A stretch of DNA of 64,000 bases from a virus, in the IMG/VR virus record IMGVR_UViG_3300045988_173968, one strand, 5' to 3'. The translations under genes were made by a program, and so were the position numbers. The notes beneath the pieces are model-generated. The model was given only the letters and a program-made list of their open reading frames with translations. It had not been told where the DNA came from and ran no database searches. Shown one piece after another: positions 26,992 to 35,362 of the stretch. Position 1 is the stretch's first letter. Every line of letters begins with the position of its first letter.

Positions 26992-27495
26992 ATGGCTAAT
27001 TATGGCGTTGTTCGCCTGGACAATATGTCCGGCACCACTGATGGTACCCTGCTGCGCTCTGTTCGTTTCTATGATGGCGACAAAGAGGCTGCTATTGAAA
27101 ATGGTCGCGTTGTTCTGATTGGCGACCTGCTGGATGGTCAGCGTGAGGTTCGTAAGGCTACTGCTCCTGCGGCTACTTCTCCCCTGACTCATATTGGTCT
27201 GGTTGCTACTCCCGAACTGATGTATGACGAGCGCAAGCGCAACCTTACCGAGTTCATCAACGAGGCTGGTGAAAATGTTCGTGTTTACATTCTCCATGTA
27301 GGCGGTATCTTCTCTGTTACCGCTGAGGATCTGGATGCGGCCGCTGCTATTGCTAAGGGCAACCTGGTTGAACTGCAGGCTGGCACTAAGCTGAAGGTTG
27401 TTGCTACTGCCACTGACAAGTCTACTCAGGTTGGCAAGATTATTGACATCGAGACCGTAGGTTCCCTGACCTACTATGTCATCGAGGTCGGCTAA
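26992..27495 (+). CDS. head-associated structural protein (decoration or auxiliary candidate)
   Basis: Strong RBS and biased codon usage. Lies directly upstream of the capsid gene. Confidence 0.5.
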   Translation: MANYGVVRLDNMSGTTDGTLLRSVRFYDGDKEAAIENGRVVLIGDLLDGQREVRKATAPAATSPLTHIGLVATPELMYDERKRNLTEFINEAGENVRVYILHVGGIFSVTAEDLDAAAAIAKGNLVELQAGTKLKVVATATDKSTQVGKIIDIETVGSLTYYVIEVG

Positions 27496-27530
27496 GAGTA
27501 ACGGAAGTATCTAATTAGGAGGAAAATGAT

Positions 27531-28529
27531 ATGAATGAGAAAAATTCTATTGTAAAGCTCGCAACCGACATGCTGCATGGCAAGGTTGAGACCTATGATT
27601 CCAAGAGCTCTGAAGATGTACTGCGTGAAGCTCTGATTGCCGCCAACGGCGGTTCTTCCAAACTGAATGTTAAGGCCCTGCGCCGCAACAAGGTTGAGAT
27701 CTTCGAGATTATCGAGGAGCTGGTTCCTCTGATGGTTAATGAGGGTCTGAAGGGCGATGAGTTCTTCATGAATTATGTTGAGGAGCGCAATCTTGCCGAG
27801 GGCGACAAAAATGAGTTTGTTGCTCCCGATAACAGCACTTTCATCGTTTCCGAGATTGCTAACGGCATCGCTACTCCTCGTCGTCAGAGAATTGGTGAGA
27901 AGACCGTTGTGAGCGTTAAGACTACCGTTCATGCTATTCGCATGTATGAGGAGTTCTCTCGTTTCATGGCTGGTCGTATCGACTGGAACGAACTGGTTGC
28001 TAAGGTAGCCGAGGCTTTTAAGGCTGCTATTTACAACGACATCTACACTGCCTTCAAGGGCATTAGTGCCACTACTGTTGGTCTGAGCAATGCCTATGTT
28101 GGCACCGGCACCGCTGACGCCGAGAAGATCCTGGCTATCGTTGAGCACACCGAGGCTGCTAACGGCGAGTCTGCTGTTATCGTTGGTACCAAGGCTGCCC
28201 TGCGTAAGTGCCCCGGCGCTGAGCTTGGCGACAATGCTAAGACTGACCTGTACAACGCTGGTTACTTCGGCAAGTTCTATGGCACTCCCATGGTGGCCGT
28301 AAAGAATCGCCACAAGGTTGGCACTGATGAGTTTATCTTTGATGATAACACCATCTATGTATTTGCCGGCGGCGACAAGTTCGTTAAGTTCGTCCGTGAG
28401 GGTGAGTCTTATATCGTTGAGACCCAGACCGGTAATGCTGACATGTCTGTGGAGTATCTGTACACTGACAAGTACGGTGTTGCCATTCTGGTTAACGGCA
28501 AGCTGGGCAAGTACACCATCACCGGCTAA
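27531..28529 (+). CDS. major capsid protein
   Basis: 332 aa with a strong RBS and highly biased codons. Followed by a double TAA and a strong terminator. Position is consistent with the capsid gene. Confidence 0.7.
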   Translation: MNEKNSIVKLATDMLHGKVETYDSKSSEDVLREALIAANGGSSKLNVKALRRNKVEIFEIIEELVPLMVNEGLKGDEFFMNYVEERNLAEGDKNEFVAPDNSTFIVSEIANGIATPRRQRIGEKTVVSVKTTVHAIRMYEEFSRFMAGRIDWNELVAKVAEAFKAAIYNDIYTAFKGISATTVGLSNAYVGTGTADAEKILAIVEHTEAANGESAVIVGTKAALRKCPGAELGDNAKTDLYNAGYFGKFYGTPMVAVKNRHKVGTDEFIFDDNTIYVFAGGDKFVKFVREGESYIVETQTGNADMSVEYLYTDKYGVAILVNGKLGKYTITG

Positions 28530-28550
28530 TAAAGGGCTGGTGAGTATTGG

Positions 28551-28745
28551 GTGGAGCGAAAAAGAAAAGGATTCGACAGAGAATATGCGACCTCGTTTAG
28601 ACGCGAGGTCGCTTTTCTTGCTGAGTGCGGTATTCGCTACACCTTTGTAAAAAGAGTTCAGGAGGTATCCGTGTATAAATACGAGAAGACTCCTGAACTC
28701 TTCGCAAAGTTAGCAGAATTCTATGCTCAGAAAATTAGTGATTAA
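28551..28745 (+). CDS. small hypothetical protein (64 aa)
   Basis: GTG start with a weak RBS. Contains the terminator hairpin within its 5' part. Confidence 0.4.
   Translation: MERKRKGFDREYATSFRREVAFLAECGIRYTFVKRVQEVSVYKYEKTPELFAKLAEFYAQKISD
28587..28619 (+). terminator. rho-independent terminator or attenuator after the capsid gene
   Basis: GCGACCUCG-loop-CGAGGUCGC followed by UUUUCUU. Confidence 0.65.
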
Positions 28746-28762
28746 AATGGAGGATTAAATAT

Positions 28763-29347
28763 ATGGCACAGCAAACGAAGGGCACTAAAAAGCCCCAGAC
28801 TTCTGCTACTAAACCTGCAGAGGCTAAAGAAACGAAACCTGTGGTCGAGCAGGCTCCTGTCGTCGAGAAGAAGCCGATTTATCGCACTTTGAGAAAGGTT
28901 TCTCCCGATGAGCTCGTAGATGTACAGTCCTGTACCTATGGCAATATGCTTTATATTTCAAAGCGTACTGGTAATAGAGTCGAGTGGGAGGATTTCGGGG
29001 ATATCCAGACAATGACTGTTGGCGAACTTCAGATCATGAAGGGTTCACAGCCGCTGTTCTTTGAGCGCAAGTTGATTATGATTGTCGGTGAAAATGCCAA
29101 GGATGTTATCGACTATCTGCAGCTTAATAAATACTATGCAGATTTTGGTTCTATCGATGAGATTGATGCGATTTTTGAAGCTTCTCCGGAAGAGATCAAG
29201 CGTATCGTTGCAAATCTGCCTGATAAGGCAATTGAGACAATTGCTCGTCGGGCATATGCGCTTATTGAAGATGGTACTATCGACAGCCAGCGTGTTATCA
29301 ACGCTTTGCAGGATTCTCTCGGTTACGAGCTGGTGGACAATGACTAA
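28763..29347 (+). CDS. hypothetical head-module protein (194 aa)
   Basis: ORF with GGAGGA RBS. Confidence 0.55.
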   Translation: MAQQTKGTKKPQTSATKPAEAKETKPVVEQAPVVEKKPIYRTLRKVSPDELVDVQSCTYGNMLYISKRTGNRVEWEDFGDIQTMTVGELQIMKGSQPLFFERKLIMIVGENAKDVIDYLQLNKYYADFGSIDEIDAIFEASPEEIKRIVANLPDKAIETIARRAYALIEDGTIDSQRVINALQDSLGYELVDND

Positions 29348-29365
29348 TTAAAGGAGGTGGTTGCG

Positions 29366-29806
29366 ATGGTTTCATACGATGTATTCAAGCGATACTTCAA
29401 ATCTAAGATTAGCCAGTATTCTTTCAGTGATTACGGTTATGACGAAGAGATGGATGAAATCGACCGCTTTCTGCACCTTGCTATTGCCGAATTCAAGAAT
29501 ATCTGCGTAGTCGATTTATCGGATCGAGATGATGATGCTCGTGTGTTCAATTCTGACGATGTGAACGATGACGAGATTATTGATATTTTGACTGACGGGA
29601 TGGTCTGTGTCTGGCTTCGCAAAATTAAGAACGAGCCACAAAACCTGCAGAACTACCTTGACACGAAGGATTTTCAATTGGCGGCGTCTCCTGCAAATGT
29701 GCTGAAGGAAGTGCGTACCACCTATGAGGTTGAATATAACATCTTTGTTGGAAAGATGCTTGAATATTCCTACAATCACGGGGATATTTCGAGTCTTCAT
29801 ATGTGA
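29366..29806 (+). CDS. head-tail connector candidate
   Basis: ATG 9 nt after AAAGGAGG. Assignment is by position. Confidence 0.5.
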   Translation: MVSYDVFKRYFKSKISQYSFSDYGYDEEMDEIDRFLHLAIAEFKNICVVDLSDRDDDARVFNSDDVNDDEIIDILTDGMVCVWLRKIKNEPQNLQNYLDTKDFQLAASPANVLKEVRTTYEVEYNIFVGKMLEYSYNHGDISSLHM

Positions 29807-29817
29807 GAGGTGCTTTT

Positions 29818-30480
29818 ATGTCTGAGATGCAGAGAAGTGACTGGCTCACAAGTATGAAATCCACCCATCGTAGATTTGGCCCATCTTCACTATCGTGTAA
29901 GGATGTTGTGGTCAATGGCGAAGATCGGAAGATTATGATAATCAATTCTGATGACTTCGACCTTAAGTATGCTCATTGTATTTTTGATGACTTCCTTATT
30001 GTAGGCTCGTACATTGAATGGAATGACGAGACCTGGATTGTCACTAAGGAGGGCGGGCAAAAAGATGTCTATCCTTCCTATGAGCTTCAAAAGTGCAACT
30101 ATGAGCTTAAGTGGGTTAAGGATGGCGAAACCATCACCAAAAAAGCGTATGCTTCCGACATGACCTATTCGCAGGTTGGTGTGCAGCATACTGACTATAT
30201 GGTTTACGGTGATTCTCGGTACCGCGTCATCATTCCAAAAGATGATGACACTACTAAGATCCGTCGTGGTGATAGATTCTACATCGACGATGGTGACAGC
30301 GAGGACGACCACCCTATTTATGAAGCAACAAAGATCGATAGAATTACCCGTATGTACAATGGCAACGGTGTTTACACTTTGATGCTTGTTGAGTGCAATG
30401 AACACCCAACCGATAATTCTGATTCTATGGTTGCCGATAACAATAATAAAACTGAGCTTGAGGAAGGAGAGTGGGTCTAA
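29818..30480 (+). CDS. head-tail joining module protein
   Basis: ATG after GAGAGGTG, within ORF 29803..30480. Confidence 0.5.
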   Translation: MSEMQRSDWLTSMKSTHRRFGPSSLSCKDVVVNGEDRKIMIINSDDFDLKYAHCIFDDFLIVGSYIEWNDETWIVTKEGGQKDVYPSYELQKCNYELKWVKDGETITKKAYASDMTYSQVGVQHTDYMVYGDSRYRVIIPKDDDTTKIRRGDRFYIDDGDSEDDHPIYEATKIDRITRMYNGNGVYTLMLVECNEHPTDNSDSMVADNNNKTELEEGEWV

Positions 30481-30956
30481 TGGGTTATATGTCAATGTTT
30501 AAGGATTATAGAAATACTCTCATGAAGGCTCTGTGCTCTTCTAAGGATATCGTTAATCTTTTAAAGAACACAAACGAGGACTCCCCTACCCTTCCCGACA
30601 AGTCTCTTTTATATGACCATATTTACCCTTATCCATTCATTCCACAAGCAGACGAGGCGGCCAAGACCTATGTTGGTGTCCGCTTGACCGTACCACAGGT
30701 TGGGAGCAAAACATTCAAAACCATACGCCTTACCGCTTTCATCTTCACGCATTACAGTTTGATGAGAGCTCCTGGCGGTCTTCGCGTTGATCTTTTGGCT
30801 GATGCGATTGATTCCGTATTAAACGGATCTCTCGAGTATGGCCTTGGTCATGTCGAGTTAAAAGATGTCGATGATGTTCACCCCGCTAAGGATTATTACG
30901 GCGTCGTGCTCACTTATGATATTACAGACTGGAATCGGGTGAGCAAACTACAATGA
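30480..30956 (+). CDS. head-tail joining module protein
   Basis: TAATG overlap with the upstream gene. Confidence 0.5.
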   Translation: MGYMSMFKDYRNTLMKALCSSKDIVNLLKNTNEDSPTLPDKSLLYDHIYPYPFIPQADEAAKTYVGVRLTVPQVGSKTFKTIRLTAFIFTHYSLMRAPGGLRVDLLADAIDSVLNGSLEYGLGHVELKDVDDVHPAKDYYGVVLTYDITDWNRVSKLQ

Positions 30957-31663
30957 GGTTAGGTTTGATATCGAAAAGGGATCACAAAATCAATAACTAT
31001 ATCACGGTTCATGTCCCAACCCTCGGCGAGATCTTCGACTTTGGGCAAAGCGAGTATATGAGTATCGTTAGCTCTCTGGTTGCAACTCCGTATGAGGCAA
31101 TGGTTATGCTGGATGATATGGGTGTTGATTTTACAACTGTTGATGAGTGGTTCGTGTTTGAATTGATGTTTTCATACTTCGCTAAGAAGTACAAACGCAT
31201 AAGGATTATCTTTGGCAATCTGGATTTATCCCTTTTTGAAAGGGCAATAAACAAAGAGACCGGAGAAGATATTCTTTATGACTTCGAACATGGCTACATC
31301 ATCGATAGGCTTGCCCAGGAACAAATCAGCTCCGTATTGCGGGAAATTCTGCAATTTGAAAAGCATGATAAAATTCCTGGCAACGCTATAACCAAGAAGT
31401 ATCTAATTGATCGTGAGCGGAGGCGTCTTCGCAGGGCGGCAGATCAAGAGAAAGAGCAACTCGAGGACTTGATTCTTGCGCTCGTAAACACACCAGAGTA
31501 CAAATACAATTTTGAACAATCGATGGAGTTGACTCTGTATCAGTTCAACGCCTGCGTAAAACAGATTCAGAAGAAAATTTCTTTTGACCATCGGATGAGC
31601 GGTATTTATGCCGGTACGGTAGATGCTTCAAAAATTAGCAAAGAAGACCTGACTTGGATTTGA
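30953..31663 (+). CDS. hypothetical structural-module protein (236 aa)
   Basis: ATGA overlap with the upstream gene. Confidence 0.5.
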   Translation: MRLGLISKRDHKINNYITVHVPTLGEIFDFGQSEYMSIVSSLVATPYEAMVMLDDMGVDFTTVDEWFVFELMFSYFAKKYKRIRIIFGNLDLSLFERAINKETGEDILYDFEHGYIIDRLAQEQISSVLREILQFEKHDKIPGNAITKKYLIDRERRRLRRAADQEKEQLEDLILALVNTPEYKYNFEQSMELTLYQFNACVKQIQKKISFDHRMSGIYAGTVDASKISKEDLTWI

Positions 31664-31698
31664 GTCGGGTCATTTATTTTAGAAAGGAAGATATAACT

Positions 31699-32496
31699 AT
31701 GGTTAATGTTAATGAACTTACCCTGACTTCCCTCGAAAGAATCATTGGCTATAACCTGGGCGGTGAGTATCTCTGGACTCTGGACGAGCTGCAGAATGCT
31801 ACCATCAGCAACACCCAGGAGAAGGTCGATATCACTGGTAAGCAGGGCCGCAAGCTGAATTCTCTTAAGAGAAATAAGGCTGTAAAGGTTACTGGTACCA
31901 ATGGTATGCTGAGCCTTGGTCTGATTGCTACTGATACTGGTACTGAAGTTTCCCGTGATGAGAATGTTCAGTATAAGTGGTATGAGATTGTCGATATCGA
32001 AGAAAATGCTGCTTCTACTACTTACACCGCCGTTGGCACTGTTGGCGCTGAAATTGATGCCCTGTACATCGTGAATGTTGATGGTACTCGTGGGGTTAAG
32101 CTGGAGCAGGACGCTACCGCAACTGAAGGTACCTTCACTTATACTCCTGGCACGAAGAAGCTGGCTTTCCTTGCTGACGCTTACAACGGTCAAAAAGCTG
32201 TTGTGTATTACACTCGTAAGGTGAACGCTGCCGTTATTTCCAATGATTCCGGCAAGTATTCTCAGAAATGCACTCTGTATATCGATGCTCTCGCTGAGGA
32301 TAAGTGCAATAAGTGCTATCTGGTTCAGTTCGTGATTCCTGTTGCTGACTTCTCTGGCAACTTTGATATTGCCATGGGCGATAATCAGGCTACTCATTCC
32401 TTTGAGGCGGATTCTCTGTCCTCTGGTTGCAGCGGCGGTGGTATCCGGCTGTGGGATATGCTCGTTATCGAAGACGGTACCGCTGATGTCACCTGA
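31699..32496 (+). CDS. major tail (tube) protein candidate
   Basis: ATG within ORF 31654..32496. Biased codon usage. It is the last gene of the head-tail joining operon. Confidence 0.5.
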   Translation: MVNVNELTLTSLERIIGYNLGGEYLWTLDELQNATISNTQEKVDITGKQGRKLNSLKRNKAVKVTGTNGMLSLGLIATDTGTEVSRDENVQYKWYEIVDIEENAASTTYTAVGTVGAEIDALYIVNVDGTRGVKLEQDATATEGTFTYTPGTKKLAFLADAYNGQKAVVYYTRKVNAAVISNDSGKYSQKCTLYIDALAEDKCNKCYLVQFVIPVADFSGNFDIAMGDNQATHSFEADSLSSGCSGGGIRLWDMLVIEDGTADVT

Positions 32497-32515
32497 TTGA
32501 ATTGAGGTGACAACT

Positions 32516-32884
32516 ATGGCGAAGTGTAAAGTCTGTGGTAAGGAATTTACGCCTTGCCGCACCAACACGCCTCTGAATTGGAGGCGTGTTGCCTGTTGCG
32601 CTGAGCATGGGGCTATTTGGTTTGAAAAAATCGAAGCGGCTCGTATTGCTCAGCCAAATGTCGAGCCCGAGCATAACGAGGAGCTGCAAGCTTTGCTTTC
32701 CGTTGAAGAGCCAATAGAGCCTGTAGAGGCTGAGCCAGTGGAGGAAATCGTTGAGATTTCCGAACCGGAACAGCCAGATACGGTATTGCAAGCTTTTGAA
32801 GGATCTGAAGCCATTGAGGAACAGGAACCTACGCAGGAAGATGAGGAATCTCCCGAGTATTACAAAGGGAGAAAACACAGATAA
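32516..32884 (+). CDS. zinc-ribbon protein with an acidic Glu/Pro-rich tail
   Basis: MAKCKVCGKEF...CCAEHG. ATG after GAGGTGA. Confidence 0.5.
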   Translation: MAKCKVCGKEFTPCRTNTPLNWRRVACCAEHGAIWFEKIEAARIAQPNVEPEHNEELQALLSVEEPIEPVEAEPVEEIVEISEPEQPDTVLQAFEGSEAIEEQEPTQEDEESPEYYKGRKHR

Positions 32885-32893
32885 AAGCATTTT

Positions 32894-32922
32894 GGGGACT
32901 GCATTTTGCAGTCCCCCTTTCT
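32894..32922 (+). terminator. rho-independent terminator
   Basis: GGGGACUGC-AUUUU-GCAGUCCCC followed by CUUUCU. Confidence 0.75.
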
Positions 32923-32937
32923 GTGCGGTGAAATGAA

Positions 32938-33429
32938 ATGATTAAATTTATAGCTCTTGATCAGGCGACCAAATACACCGGATATTCGGTTTGGGTTCTG
33001 AGCAAAAAAGGCGAGCTTAAGCTCTTGGAGCATGGTGTGTTTAAGGCCAATGTTAAAAATGATGTTATTTCCAGAATGTGCGAAATGTACAACGATATCA
33101 AGGGCTTAATTTTTACACACAAACCTAACTATGTGTTTTTTGAGGCGACACAGTTTCAGTCTAACCAGCGTGTGTACAGCACATTGTCCCAGCTGCAAGG
33201 TATCGTAATGGCAATTCTGTTTGAAAAAGACATTGGATTCAGCATTATAGAACCGTCTTCGTGGAAGTCGTACTGTGGTATTACTGGGAGAAAGCGCGAG
33301 GAGCAGAAGGCAAAGTCCATAGCCATTGCTTCCAAACAATTTGGCTTATCTGACCTTACGGACGATGTGGCTGACGCTATTCTTATTGGATACTACGGTG
33401 CCCATATTTTAAACAATGAAAAGGGGTGA
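32938..33429 (+). CDS. RuvC-like Holliday junction resolvase
   Basis: IALDQATKYTGYSVW (first Asp), FFEATQF (Glu), DDVADAILIGYYG (C-terminal Asp pair). Confidence 0.75.
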   Translation: MIKFIALDQATKYTGYSVWVLSKKGELKLLEHGVFKANVKNDVISRMCEMYNDIKGLIFTHKPNYVFFEATQFQSNQRVYSTLSQLQGIVMAILFEKDIGFSIIEPSSWKSYCGITGRKREEQKAKSIAIASKQFGLSDLTDDVADAILIGYYGAHILNNEKG

Positions 33430-33772
33430 AGATGTGGCGGAAAACAAAAATCTTAACATCATCTATCGTGACTCCACTCCGTTTATTTCTTTCCCCTGCG
33501 ACTTCGATGTATCTATTCTGAGTTCTGGGGTTGAAGATATCGAGATCGTATTCTCGCAAGATGGAGCCGAAAAATTTACAAAAAGAGGAGACCAAGTTGA
33601 AGTATGTGTTGAATTAAATTCAATCATTACTTCGTTAAGCCGGAATGACACAAGCAAGCTAAAGAGCCGTTTGGAGACTACAATGCAGATTTTCATTCAC
33701 ATGGAAGATGGCGCTGTTATTCCGAGCAATATTATGGTTGCAAACACCGGTTATATCTTAGAACGGAGGTGA
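33416..33772 (+). CDS. hypothetical protein
   Basis: ORF from the track. An alternative GTG start at 33434 is possible. Confidence 0.45.
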   Translation: MKRGEDVAENKNLNIIYRDSTPFISFPCDFDVSILSSGVEDIEIVFSQDGAEKFTKRGDQVEVCVELNSIITSLSRNDTSKLKSRLETTMQIFIHMEDGAVIPSNIMVANTGYILERR

Positions 33773-33780
33773 CGGGTGCC

Positions 33781-34062
33781 GTGAGCGATTTTTCTACCAA
33801 GAATAACTTTAGTGCTACTTTTGGCACTTTTTACAACCTCGGCGGAGATTACAAGATTATCCGCAAGAACAGTCTTTCAGAGTTTCCGGCTGTAGGAAAC
33901 GAAAAGTATCTATATGTAGCCAACGATACAAATCTTATGTATTTCTGGGACGACGAGAATAAATCGTTTGTTTCAGCAAAATCTGAAAGCTCCGTTATAT
34001 TCCCCGATGTTCTAAAAATAAACGGTGGTAATGCAGGAAGCATATATGAAGAAAATGAATAA
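33781..34062 (+). CDS. hypothetical protein (93 aa)
   Basis: GTG start 11 nt after GGAGGTGA, within ORF 33769..34062. Confidence 0.45.
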   Translation: MSDFSTKNNFSATFGTFYNLGGDYKIIRKNSLSEFPAVGNEKYLYVANDTNLMYFWDDENKSFVSAKSESSVIFPDVLKINGGNAGSIYEENE

Positions 34063-34077
34063 TAAGGAGTGGGTTTC

Positions 34078-35343
34078 ATGAACAAGGAAATTCTGACCAA
34101 AGTGATCCTTCGGAACGACAGTACCGCGAATTGGGACACTAAAAACCCCGTCCTTGATAAGGGCGAGATTGGTTTCGAGTTCACCGCTGACGGTGCCGTT
34201 CTTACCAAGGTTGGCGATGGTGCGACGGCTTGGAAACAGCTTGGCTACAGCGGCGTTGACGAGGACAAAATCAATACACTGATTGGGCAGGCTCGTGACA
34301 GCTATTATACTGTTGTTCGTAACGATGGCGAAACCGATAATGAAGCTATTACACGCGCTCTCGGCGAGTCTGTTGCCGCAAAGGGCGATGTATGCGCGAT
34401 CAAAACTGCGCTTGGTACTACCCCTGAGAGTTACTCTTATATGGGCTATGTATTTGACGGCGAGAACTGGGGTGCCATGGATGGCAACATCAACTCTGAA
34501 AATGTAATTATCGGCAAGGATCTGGTTTTCGCCGGCAGTTATACTTCTGTTGGCAATGTATCCAAGGGCACTACTATTCAGAAAGGCAAAACTCTGGATC
34601 AGCTTCTGACCGCAATGTTTACTCAGGAGCTCAATCCCCCCAAGCCTACTCCAACCTGCTTTGTCACTCTGACCGGCGCTGGTGCTAAGGAGGTTGGCGA
34701 AACCTTTACTCCTGCTTATACTACCGCTTTTGACCCGAAGACATATGCTTACGCCCCCACCGCTACTGGCGTCACTGCTACTGGCTGGGAAGTAAGTGAT
34801 AGCGCCGGTGCCAAGAAGACTACGGCTACCGGTTCCTTTGATGGTTTCACTGTCGAAGATAATACGAACTATAAGTTAACTGCTAAGGCTACATATGGTG
34901 ATGGTAATGTTCCTAAAACAAACCTCGGCAATGACTACCCGGCATCACAAATTAAAGCTGGCACTACTGCGGCTGCTTCTTCCGCTGCCGTTACTGGCTA
35001 TCGTAAGTGGTTTACTTATGTTGGTACTGATCTGACCGCTCTGACCAGCAATGTGATCCGTACTAAGGGTACAAGCAAGGGCGCTGCTGGCTCAAACTTC
35101 AATGTTAACCTGGCTATCCCTGCCGGCACTAAGCGTGTCTATGTTGCTATTCCCGCATCCAAGAACAAGGCTCTGTCTTCTGTAATAGATGTGGACGGTA
35201 TGGGTCTGGATGTAAAGGGCAATTTTACAAAGCAGACTGTATCTGTTGAAGGTGCTAATGGCTATACTGCCGTTGACTATGATGTATTCATTGTGGAAAA
35301 CCTGGCTGGTTTGGCTGCTACTACCTATCAGATCAAGTTTTGA
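34078..35343 (+). CDS. tail-fibre-like protein with an Mtd/HylP-type N-terminal motif
   Basis: RNDSTANWDTKNPVLDKGEIGFE...KVGDGATAWKQL. ATG after TAAGGAG. Confidence 0.6.
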   Translation: MNKEILTKVILRNDSTANWDTKNPVLDKGEIGFEFTADGAVLTKVGDGATAWKQLGYSGVDEDKINTLIGQARDSYYTVVRNDGETDNEAITRALGESVAAKGDVCAIKTALGTTPESYSYMGYVFDGENWGAMDGNINSENVIIGKDLVFAGSYTSVGNVSKGTTIQKGKTLDQLLTAMFTQELNPPKPTPTCFVTLTGAGAKEVGETFTPAYTTAFDPKTYAYAPTATGVTATGWEVSDSAGAKKTTATGSFDGFTVEDNTNYKLTAKATYGDGNVPKTNLGNDYPASQIKAGTTAAASSAAVTGYRKWFTYVGTDLTALTSNVIRTKGTSKGAAGSNFNVNLAIPAGTKRVYVAIPASKNKALSSVIDVDGMGLDVKGNFTKQTVSVEGANGYTAVDYDVFIVENLAGLAATTYQIKF

Positions 35344-35362
35344 GTAAAGGGGGATAAATAAT